From Candidatus Korobacteraceae bacterium (GTDB taxonomy: Bacteria > Acidobacteriota > Terriglobia > Terriglobales > Acidobacteriaceae), in NCBI GenBank assembly GCA_049798495.1, contig JBARGS010000165.1:1-62869 (forward strand): a stretch of 62,869 nucleotides of DNA. Direction: 5' to 3'. The notes under the pieces are model-generated. The model had not been told where the DNA came from. It did no database searches and saw only the letters and a program-made list of their open reading frames with translations. Both the position numbers and the translations under genes were made by a program. Numbering within the stretch: the stretch's first letter is position 1; each line of letters begins with the position of its first letter. Below, one piece after another: positions 46,311 through 56,705 of the stretch.

Positions 46311-48569
46311 ATGCGTTCTGTCGAAGATAAAGTACAAGAGATAAGTGAGTGGTTTGCGAGTCCGCGATTCGCGGGAATTATTCGTCTGTACTCACCTCGT
46401 CAAGTGGCTGAGCAGAGAGGCACCATCGCCGCCGACTGCCCGGTGGCGCGCGTAGCCGCTGAGGGTTTTTATGCGCGACTGAGAGAGCTGTTCAACGCCG
46501 GCAAGTCAATCACGACCTTCGGTCCGTACTCTCCCGGACAAGCCGTAACCATCAAGCGGCTTGGCATTGAAGGAATCTATCTGGGAGGGTGGGCGACATC
46601 GGCCAAGGGAAGCATTACCGAGGATCCCGGTGCTGACCTCGCCAGCTACCCGCTGAGTCAGGTGCCGGACGAAGCAGCATCGATCGTGCGCGCTTTGCTG
46701 ACCGCCGACAAGAATCAGCAGTTCTTTCGTTCGCGCATGAAGCCGGAACAGCGGGCGGCCGCTCCCGAAATCGATTACCGCCCGTTTATTATCGCCGACG
46801 CCGATACCGGCCACGGAGGAGACGCTCATGTAAGGAATCTGATCCGGCGATTTGTGGAAATCGGGGTGCCGGGTTACCACATCGAAGACCAGAAGCCGGG
46901 CGTAAAGAAGTGCGGTCACCAGGGTGGCAAGGTGCTGGTGTCGGAGAACGAACAGATCCAGCGCCTCAATGCCGCACGATTTCAGCTCGACATTATGCGA
47001 GTGCCCGGAATCATCGTGGCGCGTACCGACGCCGAGGCGGCGAACCTCCTGGATGGTTGCGCCGACGAGCGCGATCAGCCTTTCATCCTGGGTGCTACCA
47101 ACCCGGCGGTACCCAGCTACAAGGCGGTGTTTCTCACACTGCAGCGAAAGTTCTACGAAGCCGGAGTCGACGAGGTAAGGGGCCACATGATGTTCGCCAT
47201 GTCGGACTCTGAATACGATAACGCAACCGCATGGCTCGAAACCACTGGACTGCTGTCTCTCCTTGAGGAGAACGCCAAAGCGTACAAACAGAGTTCGGAA
47301 GGGTTGGTCGATACCATGCTCGACAAGGTTATGCCGCGCTTTCTGGATGCTTGGCAGGAAGCGGCAGGCCTTAAGACCTACCGGCGGGCTGTTGCCGATG
47401 TCATGGCGTTCCGGGTCAGTCAGGGCGAATCATTTGAGTTGAGCGCTGAGGAATGGCTGGCCTTCTCCAGGCGCGCGTCGTGGTATGCGGCCCGCGAAAA
47501 AGCGCGATCACTGGAAATCGACGTGGCCTGGGATTGCGACCTTGCCAAGACCCCGGAGGGCTACTTCCAGGTCCAGGGAGGTCTGGAATATGCCATCGTC
47601 AAATCTCTGGCCGTCGCGCCGTTCGCGGACATTTTGTGGATGGAAACCGCCACGGCAGATCTTGAGGAAGCGAAGGCCTTCGCGGACGCGATCCACGGAG
47701 AGTTTCCCGACAAGATGCTCGCGTATAACCTGTCACCGTCTTTCAGCTGGGACACCACTGGCATGAGCGACGAGCAGATGAAGCGTTTTCCCGAAGAGTT
47801 GGGCAAGCTAGGCTTCGTTTTCAATTTCATTACCTATGGCGGGCACCAGATCGATGGCCTGGCTGCCGAGGAGTTCGCGACCGCGCTACAGCAGGATGGG
47901 ATGTTGTCCCTGGCGCGTTTGCAAAGGAAGTTCAGACTGCTGGAATCGCCCTACCGGACTCCGCAGACATTGGTCGGCGGTCCAAGGCTGGATGCCGCAC
48001 TGATAGCCTCCTCCGGACGCACGGCAACCACCACGGCCATGGGTAAGGGTTCGACCCAGCATCAGCACTTGGTCCAGACCGAAGTGCCGCCCAAGTTTCT
48101 GGAGGACTGGTTGCAAATTTGGGCGGAGCAAAACGGTTTGCCACCGGCGTTCCGTGTGCAGTTGCGTCCAGTCGCCGCAGGTTCGGACTTCCTGGAACTC
48201 AGCTTGTGGAACGATTCGAAGGACCGGGTGGGAAACATCATCTTCGCCGACGTTCAGGACCGGCATGGTTATAAGCTGCTTTCGATCCGCGATATGAATA
48301 CCTTCGATCCATCGCTGCGAAAGAAGCGGTTGATGACCCTCGCACACCTGTTCCTGCTCCACCGCTACAAGGCGGGATTAGTCCATTACTTGAGTCCGAC
48401 GGATGACAACCAGCACCAGGCCCTGAAGATGCAGCGGTTGGGGATCTTCAGCGACGTCAGTAATCAGGCTGGGCTCATCATTGTCGCCGGTGTCAATGCA
48501 GCCCGAGTCAGCGAGTTGCTTAACCCGGATCGGGTCGTGCTGCGCAAATTGATCGCCAAGACAGAGTAG
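46311..48569 (+). CDS. aceA: Isocitrate lyase, long (ICL2/AceAb-like) form
   Basis: [12 protein letters not shown] catalytic loop, [24 protein letters not shown]. At about 750 aa it has the extra C-terminal domain seen in long ICLs. Confidence 0.9.
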   Translation: MRSVEDKVQEISEWFASPRFAGIIRLYSPRQVAEQRGTIAADCPVARVAAEGFYARLRELFNAGKSITTFGPYSPGQAVTIKRLGIEGIYLGGWATSAKGSITEDPGADLASYPLSQVPDEAASIVRALLTADKNQQFFRSRMKPEQRAAAPEIDYRPFIIADADTGHGGDAHVRNLIRRFVEIGVPGYHIEDQKPGVKKCGHQGGKVLVSENEQIQRLNAARFQLDIMRVPGIIVARTDAEAANLLDGCADERDQPFILGATNPAVPSYKAVFLTLQRKFYEAGVDEVRGHMMFAMSDSEYDNATAWLETTGLLSLLEENAKAYKQSSEGLVDTMLDKVMPRFLDAWQEAAGLKTYRRAVADVMAFRVSQGESFELSAEEWLAFSRRASWYAAREKARSLEIDVAWDCDLAKTPEGYFQVQGGLEYAIVKSLAVAPFADILWMETATADLEEAKAFADAIHGEFPDKMLAYNLSPSFSWDTTGMSDEQMKRFPEELGKLGFVFNFITYGGHQIDGLAAEEFATALQQDGMLSLARLQRKFRLLESPYRTPQTLVGGPRLDAALIASSGRTATTTAMGKGSTQHQHLVQTEVPPKFLEDWLQIWAEQNGLPPAFRVQLRPVAAGSDFLELSLWNDSKDRVGNIIFADVQDRHGYKLLSIRDMNTFDPSLRKKRLMTLAHLFLLHRYKAGLVHYLSPTDDNQHQALKMQRLGIFSDVSNQAGLIIVAGVNAARVSELLNPDRVVLRKLIAKTE

Positions 48570-48788
48570 AAGCCGGTCTCATCAATGGAGCCATGGCAAG
48601 GGTCAATTGAGTCTCTGGCTCTTGGCCGGAGAGTCTGGATGGGGGAAGAATTCCGTGGCGTTGCTCAACTCTGTCAATCCCCTCGAACGTGCTGAAACTG
48701 TCTGAAAACGGCGCTGGTACCCCTCTTCTGAGGAATTCTGTTTTCAAAATGCAGTTTACTGGCTAGTCTAGGTCGCTGAGGAAAACCT

Positions 48789-49547
48789 ATGGCTGAGGCG
48801 GAAGCTCGAGCGGCAAGCAGTCACGAGTGGGGCAGAACCGGGCGACATGATGCCTGGTGGGTAGAAATTCTACCGGTCGTGATCATCCTGGGAGGGTTTG
48901 GAATTTACGCCACGTGGAGGGCCTTTGAGGGACGTTTTTATGAGTGGGGCCCATACCTCTCTCCCTTCTACTCTCCTCTGATCGACCCGCACCACCACTG
49001 GTGGCCACTGTCTCCCGCGTTGCTAATTCTCGCCGGCCCTCTCGGGTTTCGCGTCACCTGCTACTACTACCGCAAGGCCTACTATCGTGCCTTCTTCCTC
49101 GATCCGCCGGGCTGCGCCGTGAGCGAGGGCAGGCGTTCTTACCGGGGGGAGACCTCATTTCCTTTCATTCTCCAAAACGTACACCGCTACTTCTTGTACC
49201 TGGCTGTGCTCTTTCTGTTCTTTTTGTGGCATGACGTGATTCACGCTTTCTCCTTCGACGGACAGTTTGGCATTGGCGTGGGGACGCTCGTCCTGCTAGC
49301 CAACGTGATTTTGCTTACGATGTATACCTTTTCCTGTCATTCTCTGCGCCACTTAGTAGGCGGCAAGCTGGACTGTTTTTCGTGCGTCACATTTGGCCGG
49401 CCTCGCTACCAGGAGTGGCGTTGGACGAGTGCCCTGAATCCGCGCCACATGCTGTTCGCATGGATGAGTCTCTTTTCGGTGGGTTTGGCCGATCTGTACG
49501 TGCGGTTAGTGTCCTCGGGGGCGATTCGAGATATGAGGCTATTTTGA
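48789..49547 (+). CDS. sdhC: Succinate dehydrogenase/fumarate reductase membrane (cytochrome b-type) subunit
   Basis: Five hydrophobic segments with conserved His residues. Immediately precedes sdhA and sdhB, and its stop overlaps the sdhA start. Confidence 0.7.
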   Translation: MAEAEARAASSHEWGRTGRHDAWWVEILPVVIILGGFGIYATWRAFEGRFYEWGPYLSPFYSPLIDPHHHWWPLSPALLILAGPLGFRVTCYYYRKAYYRAFFLDPPGCAVSEGRRSYRGETSFPFILQNVHRYFLYLAVLFLFFLWHDVIHAFSFDGQFGIGVGTLVLLANVILLTMYTFSCHSLRHLVGGKLDCFSCVTFGRPRYQEWRWTSALNPRHMLFAWMSLFSVGLADLYVRLVSSGAIRDMRLF

Positions 49548-51262
49548 GCGACACACTTGAGACGCACGAACACGACGTACTGGTTATCGGCGCCGGCGGA
49601 GCGGGCCTCCGCGCCGCCATCGACGCGCTTGGACAGGGAGCATCGGTTGGGGTTGTGTGCAAGTCGCTCCTGGGGAAAGCGCACACCGTGATGGCCGAGG
49701 GCGGAATCGCTGCTGCCATGTCCAACGTGGATCCAGAGGACAGCTGGCGCGCGCATTTCCGCGACACCATGCGCGGCGGCAAGATGCTCAACAACTGGCG
49801 CATGGCCCAGATTCACGCGCAGGAAGCGCCGGACCGAATACGCGAGCTCGAGCAATGGGGCGCGCTGTTCGATCGGACGGAAGATGGGCAGATTCTGCAA
49901 CGGGCATTTGGCGGACATTCCTTCCGTCGCTTGTGCCACGTGGGCGATCGCACCGGCCTGGAGATGCTGCGTACGCTGCAGGACCGCGGCGTGCACCTGG
50001 GATTCGATGTGTACATGGAATGCACGATCGTGCAGCTGCTCAAAGATGGTCCGCGTTGTGCCGGAGCGATCGGCTACTGGCGCGAGCAGGGGCGCTTCGT
50101 GGCCTTCAAGGCGAAGTCGGTTGTCATATCGACTGGAGGTATCGGCAAAGCGTGGCCGATTACATCGAATTCGTGGGAATGCACGGGCGACGGAATGGCG
50201 CTGGCGTATGACGCTGGCGCCGAGCTAATGGACATGGAGTTTGTGCAGTTTCATCCCACCGGGATGATATGGCCTCCTGGGGTCCAAGGCATATTGGTGA
50301 CCGAGGCGGTACGTGGCGAAGGGGGCGTTCTTCGCAACAAGCTGGGTGAGCGCTTCATGGAACGTTACGATCCCAAGAAGATGGAGCTCTCCACGCGAGA
50401 CGTCGTAGCCCGATCCATTTACACAGAAGTGCGGGAGGGTCGCGGCACCGAGCACGGCGGAGCGTTTCTTGACATCTCACACAAACAAGCCGAATACGTG
50501 AAGCGCAAGCTTCCCAGCATGTATCACCAATTCAAAGATCTGGCGGACGTGGATATCACCAAGGAGCCGATGGAAGTTGGTCCGACCTGTCACTACATGA
50601 TGGGAGGAATCCGCGTCGAAGCAGAAACGGGGCAAACTACCGTACCGGGACTCTTCGCGGCTGGGGAGTCGGCTGCCGGGCTGCACGGCTCTAACCGTCT
50701 GGGGGGCAACTCCCTTTCCGATCTGTTGGTGTTTGGCCGCCGTGCGGGCTTGGCCGCGGCCCAACACACCAAGGAGGTAGCATCTCCAACCGTCGATGAC
50801 GCGCAGATCGCAGAAGCCCAGCGCACGTCGCTTTTGCCTTTCCAGCGGCGCGACGGCGAGAACCCCTATGCCGTTCATCGGGACCTCCACCAAGTGATGC
50901 AAAATCTGGTCGGCATCTTTCGCACCCGGGAAGACCTCGAGCGGGCTCTGGAAGAGATTGAAAAGCTCAAACAGCGAGAGGCGCGCATCAGCGTCGAAGG
51001 CTCGCGCCTCTTCAATCCCGGCTGGCACCTGGCGCTGGAGCTAAGATCCATGCTTACAGTTTCAGAAGCCGTTGCACGAAGCGCGCTGAGGCGGGAAGAA
51101 AGCCGCGGGGCTCACAGCCGGATCGACTTTCCAAATACCGATCCTCAACACGGTAAATACAACAACATCATCCGCCGCGAGGGATCGGCGATGACGCTGC
51201 GACAGGAACCCCTTGCGGAAATGCCCGATGAGTTGAAGCAGATTGTTGCCGACGACAAATAG
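49544..51262 (+). CDS. sdhA: Succinate dehydrogenase/fumarate reductase flavoprotein subunit
   Basis: HDVLVIGAGGAGLRAA, HTVMAEGGIAA, FHPTG, SNRLGGNSL. A TTG start at 49544 (GAGG 5 nt upstream) overlaps the sdhC TGA. The listed ORF from 49382 overlaps sdhC. Confidence 0.9.
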   Translation: MSDTLETHEHDVLVIGAGGAGLRAAIDALGQGASVGVVCKSLLGKAHTVMAEGGIAAAMSNVDPEDSWRAHFRDTMRGGKMLNNWRMAQIHAQEAPDRIRELEQWGALFDRTEDGQILQRAFGGHSFRRLCHVGDRTGLEMLRTLQDRGVHLGFDVYMECTIVQLLKDGPRCAGAIGYWREQGRFVAFKAKSVVISTGGIGKAWPITSNSWECTGDGMALAYDAGAELMDMEFVQFHPTGMIWPPGVQGILVTEAVRGEGGVLRNKLGERFMERYDPKKMELSTRDVVARSIYTEVREGRGTEHGGAFLDISHKQAEYVKRKLPSMYHQFKDLADVDITKEPMEVGPTCHYMMGGIRVEAETGQTTVPGLFAAGESAAGLHGSNRLGGNSLSDLLVFGRRAGLAAAQHTKEVASPTVDDAQIAEAQRTSLLPFQRRDGENPYAVHRDLHQVMQNLVGIFRTREDLERALEEIEKLKQREARISVEGSRLFNPGWHLALELRSMLTVSEAVARSALRREESRGAHSRIDFPNTDPQHGKYNNIIRREGSAMTLRQEPLAEMPDELKQIVADDK

Positions 51263-51275
51263 TGGAGGACTACGC

Positions 51276-52022
51276 GTGCAAGAGGCGACCTTTCAAATAT
51301 TCCGCGGTGACCGGCAGGGCGGCTCTCCCGTCGAGTACCGGATTCCTGTGGCCCCGGGGATGGTAGTTCTTGATGCACTGCACTACGTACAAGCTCACCA
51401 GGCTCCGGACCTTGCCGTGCGTTGGAACTGCAAGGCGGGAAAGTGCGGATCGTGTTCGGCGGAAGTGAATGGACGTCCCCGGCTCACCTGCAGGACGCGC
51501 CTGGATGCGTTGCCACTGGACAAACCGGTCACCATCTCGCCGATGAAGACCTTTCCCGTGATCAAGGATCTGGTGACCGATGTTTCCTGGAATTACAAGG
51601 TCAATCGCAAGATCCCGCCTTTTCAGCCACGTCCGGGGGTGGAATGGAAGTTCTCCCAGGAAGATGTCGATCGGGTGCAGGAATTTCGTAAGTGCATCGA
51701 ATGTTTTCTGTGCCAAGATGTCTGTCACGTTCTTCGCGAGCATGACAAGCATGAGCAATTCGCGGGACCGCGATTCTTCGTTCGTGTTGCAGCGCTGGAG
51801 ATGCATCCCCTCGACGGCGTTTCCCGCACGCAACTCCTGCGGGACGAACTTGGTATTGGGCTCTGCAACATCACGAAGTGCTGCACGGAAGTTTGCCCCG
51901 AGGAGATACGCATCACGGACAACGCCATCATCCCGCTCAAAGAACGCGTCGTCGATCAGTTTTACGATCCGCTCCTGTGGGTAGTGCGCAAGATCCGTGG
52001 AGCGCAAGCCGAATCGAAGTAA
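51276..52022 (+). CDS. sdhB: Succinate dehydrogenase/fumarate reductase iron-sulfur subunit
   Basis: CKAGKCGSCSAEVNG (2Fe-2S), CIECFLCQDVC and CTEVCP cysteine clusters. GTG start at 51276 after GGAGGA. Confidence 0.9.
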   Translation: MQEATFQIFRGDRQGGSPVEYRIPVAPGMVVLDALHYVQAHQAPDLAVRWNCKAGKCGSCSAEVNGRPRLTCRTRLDALPLDKPVTISPMKTFPVIKDLVTDVSWNYKVNRKIPPFQPRPGVEWKFSQEDVDRVQEFRKCIECFLCQDVCHVLREHDKHEQFAGPRFFVRVAALEMHPLDGVSRTQLLRDELGIGLCNITKCCTEVCPEEIRITDNAIIPLKERVVDQFYDPLLWVVRKIRGAQAESK

Positions 52023-52036
52023 GCGAAGGAGGAACC

Positions 52037-52546
52037 ATGGACCTGAAGCTAAAAGCAATTTCCGAGTCAGGTATTGCCGAGGCAATATCAAAAGCGGAGG
52101 TCTATCGAAACCTGAACCAGCCGGAGGAGGCTGAGTCGATTTGCCGGGACATCCTCGCGGCCAATCCTGCCAATAATGTGGGGCTTCGAATTTTGGGGCT
52201 TGCGCTTACCGACCAGTTCACCGGCCAGGCGCGAGATCGCTATGCCGAAGTTGAAGAGATATTTGGCAGCCTGGTTGATCCTTACGAGCGCCTGTACTAC
52301 ACCGGAATCCTTCACGAACGCCGGATGAAGGCGCAGCTCCGCGCCGGACGCTCTGCGCACACGCTGCTGCCTCTCCTGGAAGAGGCGTTACGGTGTTTTG
52401 CAGATGCCGAGAAGATTCGTCCCACGGGCAATGACGATTCGATTCTTCGGTGGAACAGCTGCGTCAGGCTGTTGCAGAGCCGGTCAGATTTCGAGAGGCA
52501 AGCAGAACTCGTCTCATTTGATGCCCACGACAGTCCACCTTATTAG
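52037..52546 (+). CDS. Helical-repeat (TPR-like) hypothetical protein downstream of sdhB
   Basis: ATG at 52037 after GGAGGA. KAEVYRNLNQPEEAESICRDILAANPANNVGLRILGLAL. Confidence 0.5.
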   Translation: MDLKLKAISESGIAEAISKAEVYRNLNQPEEAESICRDILAANPANNVGLRILGLALTDQFTGQARDRYAEVEEIFGSLVDPYERLYYTGILHERRMKAQLRAGRSAHTLLPLLEEALRCFADAEKIRPTGNDDSILRWNSCVRLLQSRSDFERQAELVSFDAHDSPPY

Positions 52547-52663
52547 TTATGTTGGGTCTCGCCGCCCTGGATCGCGGGTCTACTCCGCAGAACGCCTGGT
52601 CAGACCCGCCCCAACTCGTAATTGCCGGAGTGCCCAATTCGACAGGCACACCGGCAAGTATAA

Positions 52664-53368
52664 CTATTTACTTTCGGCAGTTTCGTGCTGACTCGCCCGC
52701 TTTTCGGCAGTATTAACCGATGCCAGGAACGATTCTGTGCTCGCCGGCGCGTGTACTTGGCCCGACAGAGTCTTACGGAACGAAACATTCTTACCGTAGA
52801 TCGCAATGGTGGAGTCATTGTCCTGCTGGATCTTGGCGCCATCCACTGCAACTCCGACAAATACCCCTTTTGAACGTGAATAGCTCAATGCCTCAGTATT
52901 CATCTTCCAGTCAGTGCCGGCCGAAGCATGCCTTCCAACCGGCCCGGCTGTCGCCGATGCTTCGCCGCTCAGTTCGAACTTGCTGGAGAGCAGCCCCTGT
53001 ACGCCCTTATCGTTCATGAACAACATGACGAGATCGACTGACTGCGCCCCGGCCTGGAAGCCAAAGTTGCCTCCACCAATCGAAATGAATGCCGGCGCAC
53101 TCCATCCATGTGCAGTGCGGCAGGTAACTACACCGCGCCCATGCTCTCCGCCGACGATGAATCCGCCCTTCGCCATGTTTGGCACCACGGCAATGCACTT
53201 GGCGCTATTCAGCACTTCTTCGGGGATACCTTTATCGGGAGCGGCCATAATCTCATTCATGACAACACCGGCGGATTGCAGGCGCGCAGTAGTATCTTCC
53301 CGCCCCGAACCGGCGAATGCGAAGGTAGCAAGAGATAATGTCAACACAGCAATTGCGTATTTCTTCAT
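52664..53368 (-). CDS. Ysc84/SYLF (DUF500) domain lipoprotein-like secreted protein
   Basis: The ATG at 53368 gives MKKYAIAVLTLSLATFAFAGS. AKCIAVVPNMAKGGFIVGGEHGRGVV...GGGNFGFQAGAQSVDLVMLF. Confidence 0.8.
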   Translation of the reverse strand: MKKYAIAVLTLSLATFAFAGSGREDTTARLQSAGVVMNEIMAAPDKGIPEEVLNSAKCIAVVPNMAKGGFIVGGEHGRGVVTCRTAHGWSAPAFISIGGGNFGFQAGAQSVDLVMLFMNDKGVQGLLSSKFELSGEASATAGPVGRHASAGTDWKMNTEALSYSRSKGVFVGVAVDGAKIQQDNDSTIAIYGKNVSFRKTLSGQVHAPASTESFLASVNTAEKRASQHETAESK

Positions 53369-53450
53369 CGAGAACACTTCCTTTTTGATTTTTATTCCAC
53401 ACATGATTTGTGGAGAAACTGGTGAATGGGCGAACAATTCGCCGTGAAGG

Positions 53451-53597
53451 TCAAGCTGTTCTGCGGCCACTAAACAGGTTAATGACCAGGACTACTACAG
53501 CAACGACCAACAAGAGGTGGATCAGACCGCCTGCGACATGGAAACTGAAGCCGAGAAGCCACAGAACCACCAGAATGACAAAAATTGTCCAAAGCAT
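53451..53597 (-). CDS. lmo0937-family small membrane protein (48 aa, not in the ORF track)
   Basis: MLWTIFVILVVLWLLGFSFHVAGGLIHLLLVVAVVVLVINLFSGRRTA*, read from the minus strand, with GGAGG upstream. Confidence 0.7.
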   Translation of the reverse strand: MLWTIFVILVVLWLLGFSFHVAGGLIHLLLVVAVVVLVINLFSGRRTA

Positions 53598-53753
53598 GGC
53601 GTGCCTCCTTAGGGCCGGTACGGCCGTTAGATAATGGGTTACGGCAGTAAGACGGCTTTACATTATTTCTCCCGAAAGTTCCTCAGGAGAGGTTGCCGCT
53701 TTGCCATGAGCAGTAGGGCTGGGAGTCGGCCGAGGGTCCACTGCGATCTTCGA

Positions 53754-53909
53754 CTAGATGCGGCCAAGCAGCAACAAAATGACAACCACCACCAGCAGCA
53801 AACCCAATCCGCCGCTTGGGGCATACCCCCAGGAACGGCTGTGATTCCACCTCGGCAGCGCGCCCACCAAAAACAAAACCAACAGAACAATCAAGATAGT
53901 TCCGAGCAT
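53754..53909 (-). CDS. DUF3309-family small membrane protein
   Basis: The internal ATG at 53909 gives MLGTILIVLLVLFLVGALPRWNHSRSWGYAPSGGLGLLLVVVVILLLLGRI. Confidence 0.7.
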   Translation of the reverse strand: MLGTILIVLLVLFLVGALPRWNHSRSWGYAPSGGLGLLLVVVVILLLLGRI

Positions 53910-53925
53910 ATTTTTTTCCTCGTCT

Positions 53926-54348
53926 CTAGGAATCCGGTGTCGGTTGAGTGCGCTTTTCGTGAGCACTCCCGCAACCTGAGTTCGCCGCGATCAAGCTCGC
54001 GATGGTTGTCAACAGTTTATGGGGATGCTGTCCCTTACCGTAGAACCTGTCGGCAATAATGCTGGCAGGCACAGCTTCTCCCTGATAGTCGCCGCTCATC
54101 GCTACAATCGAAATTGCCGGATACTGGCTGCGTATGTGGGAGATCAACTCAATCCCCGACATCTGCGGCATGTTGATGTCGGTGACGATCAAATCGGGCA
54201 CCATTTCGTTCAATTGCGCTACAGCGCTGACGCCGTTTTCTGCCATAGCAACGTCATACCCAACTGACATCAGCAGCATCCCCAAGCTCTCACGAATGCT
54301 CGGTTCGTCATCCACGACCAAAATTCGGCGTTTGAAACCGTTCGGCAT
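53926..54348 (-). CDS. Single-domain response regulator (CheY-like receiver)
   Basis: RILVVDDEPSIRE, LIVTDINMPQMSG, SIVAMSG. No output domain. Confidence 0.85.
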   Translation of the reverse strand: MPNGFKRRILVVDDEPSIRESLGMLLMSVGYDVAMAENGVSAVAQLNEMVPDLIVTDINMPQMSGIELISHIRSQYPAISIVAMSGDYQGEAVPASIIADRFYGKGQHPHKLLTTIASLIAANSGCGSAHEKRTQPTPDS

Positions 54349-54650
54349 GCTCCCTCCTGAGGGATGGTAGGTAGAACAGGATTCCAGTTACACGATGCCA
54401 CGCTCACTGCCTTGGAGTCTGGTCAATACAGAACACTCACTTTCAGGATGGTGCAACGGGGGGTGAGAAATGTAACGCCGTGCTGAGGAATAGAAAGAGG
54501 CGATATACCTGCGACCGCTGACGGCCGACACTAACCTTGGCACGAGCCCACGCAGTGGACCGTGCCAAGTCAAATGTTAGGTTCTCTTATATCTCCAGCA
54601 GCCTGACGCAATTACATTTGCGATCAACTCGCCACTGAAGACGTTGCTCT

Positions 54651-55967
54651 TCACTCCCCAGAGGTATGGGCTGCTTTCTCAGGCGCCGGACGTGCAGGCT
54701 GCGTATGAACCGCAGCTGCTGGACGCGGAGCAGGCTGCTGATGAGCTGCAGGCGCCGGACGTGCCGGTTGCGTATGGACAGCAGCGGTGGGGCGCGGAGC
54801 AGGCTGCTGATGGGCTGCAGGCGCCGGACGCGCCGGTTGCGTATGGACCGCAGCGGTGGGACGCGGAGCAGGCTGCTGATGGGCTGCAGGCGCCGGACGT
54901 GCCGGTTGCGTATGAACCGCAGCGGTGGGACGCGGAGCAGGCTGCTCATGAGTTGCTGTCGCCGGGCGAGCCGCAGTTTCTTTGTTAGGCTCAGTCGGTG
55001 GACGAGCCACGTTAGGGTGCGTTGCAGGAGTGGTGCGCGCAGTTTCCGGACGCGGAGCGGGTTGCGCGTGGGCAGCAGCTGCCGGACGAGCCGCAGTCTC
55101 CTTGTTAGGCTCAGAGGCCGGACGAGGCGCGTTAGAGTGCGTTGCTGGAGCGCTAGCCGCAGTCTCCTGGCGAGGGGCGCTCTTCTCGGGTTTTGGAACT
55201 GCTTTGCTTGCTGCTGACGGAGCGGCAGCACGATTCTCAGGAGCCTTGTACGGTGCTCCTGCCTGCTTGGCGGCTACCACCCCACGACCGCTAAACTCCG
55301 CCGGCTTCGCAGTTGCCGCGATCGCCGGACGCCCATGGTTCACCGACGCCAGGAGTGCGTGGTTGGTGCTGGCAGCTTGCACATGCTGAGTTTGCAGGGC
55401 CGTTGGCGGCCTGTGTTGCTCGTGAGCCGCTGTCTCTTCTGCCTGAGTGGGGCGGGCGTTGATCCCACCAGTGCCGCCGTTGTAACTGACGCGGTTCACT
55501 GTGGTGTTGTTGATCACTCTTGTGTTGTACACGTTATGAATGTTGGTGACGTTCACGTTGTTGACCGCACGGTTATAGTAAAACTGGTTGTTCTGCCAAC
55601 GTCCCCCTTGATAGCCGGAACCACCATAGCCATAGCCGTAGTTGACACCACCGTAGAAACCGACTCGTGGACCCCAGTAGCCGCCATTCCAGGCGTAGGC
55701 ACTGCCGCCCCAACCCCAATAACCGGGAGTCCAGAGCAAGCCAACCGCGGGAGCCATTACCCACGTGCCCGGCACCCAGAAGTAGCCCTCACCTCCGTAA
55801 GCCCAGTAGCCAGGCGTCCACAAATAACCAGCGGCCGGGGCCACGGGTTGCGCGTACACAGGTAGTGCAGGCGGGGCAACCGTAATAGATACGGCGACCT
55901 GTGCGAATGAGGCTGCCGGTATAGCCAGTATCAGAACTGCTAACAATAGCAAACGGGTTTTACGCAT
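54651..55967 (-). CDS. Secreted YXWGXW-repeat protein with long Pro/Ala-rich repetitive tail
   Basis: Signal peptide MRKTRLLLLAVLILAIPAASFAQ. YLWTPGYWAYGGEGYFWVPGTWV and LWTPGYWGWGG. The C-terminal half is low complexity. Confidence 0.8.
   Translation of the reverse strand: MRKTRLLLLAVLILAIPAASFAQVAVSITVAPPALPVYAQPVAPAAGYLWTPGYWAYGGEGYFWVPGTWVMAPAVGLLWTPGYWGWGGSAYAWNGGYWGPRVGFYGGVNYGYGYGGSGYQGGRWQNNQFYYNRAVNNVNVTNIHNVYNTRVINNTTVNRVSYNGGTGGINARPTQAEETAAHEQHRPPTALQTQHVQAASTNHALLASVNHGRPAIAATAKPAEFSGRGVVAAKQAGAPYKAPENRAAAPSAASKAVPKPEKSAPRQETAASAPATHSNAPRPASEPNKETAARPAAAAHAQPAPRPETARTTPATHPNVARPPTEPNKETAARPATATHEQPAPRPTAAVHTQPARPAPAAHQQPAPRPTAAVHTQPARPAPAAHQQPAPRPTAAVHTQPARPAPAAHQQPAPRPAAAVHTQPARPAPEKAAHTSGE
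54672..54950 (-). repeat. Coding tandem repeat, 69-bp unit, about 4 copies
   Basis: Units start at about 54672, 54741, 54810 and 54879 on the + strand (CTGCTGATG.GCTGCAGGCGCCGGACG.GCCGGTTGCGTATG...). They encode AAHQQPAPRPTAAVHTQPARPAP repeats. Confidence 0.85.
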
Positions 55968-56325
55968 TTTGACTCACCTTGCCAGATCATCCTTCGATTG
56001 CCCGGTTGTAGCCTTACGTTGCCGCGGGCTGCGTGGATGGAAAGGCATGCTTCATACGCAACGATTTCACAGATGCAATGCCAATTCTGTGCACTCCGGC
56101 TCACTATCGGTGAATGTCATAATGGGAATCTGCTAAGTCTAGGCTCTCTCTGCGAATATGCGTCACATCAAAAGTCGGATATTCTCCAATCCAAATTTAC
56201 CTACCTCGCCGAAGCTCTAGTTTGGGACAACTTGATTTCCCCATTGCAGCGAGCAATTGTGAACAGATTAATTGGTAATGAGAGCCATACCATGGCACCT
56301 GACCAATGTACTAAAGGAGAGTCGA

Positions 56326-56652
56326 ATGAAATTCACGAAGATATTTGCTGTTGTCCTGGGGGCGCTGATCGTGATCGCCCTGTCCCTGCCAGTAATGGCG
56401 CAGAGCACCACACAATCCACCACTACGACTTCACAGGATCCGGCATCTTCGCCGCAGGCCCAAACCACTCAGACCACTAATACGACCATCACGCCGCCGG
56501 ATCCGCAGGTAAAGCAGACCGATACCACGACGACCACAACCACGCCCCAGCCGCTGGTAAAGCAGACCGACACGACGACCACCACAACCGCACCGCCGCC
56601 GGAGGTGAAGAGGGACACCACATCGACGACCACAACGACGCCCCAGCCATAG
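56326..56652 (+). CDS. Small secreted Thr/Pro-rich repeat protein
   Basis: AAAGGAG RBS and ATG at 56326. MKFTKIFAVVLGALIVIALSLPVMAQ, then repeated VKQTDTTTTTT.PQP units. Confidence 0.55.
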   Translation: MKFTKIFAVVLGALIVIALSLPVMAQSTTQSTTTTSQDPASSPQAQTTQTTNTTITPPDPQVKQTDTTTTTTTPQPLVKQTDTTTTTTAPPPEVKRDTTSTTTTTPQP

Positions 56653-56705
56653 TTGAAGGGTATTCCGTCTTACTGTTCCTGAGCTGGTACTACACCGTCG
56701 TCCCT

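Noticed and set aside
51270-52091. 273-aa minus-strand ORF covering sdhB
   Set aside because: sdhB on the plus strand has all three Fe-S cysteine clusters. The antisense ORF has no motif and an Arg/Leu-rich off-frame composition.
54672-54950. Regularly spaced 69-bp repeats that could superficially suggest a CRISPR-like array
   Set aside because: The units are directly tandem with no spacers, they lie in-frame inside a secreted protein gene, and no cas genes are present.
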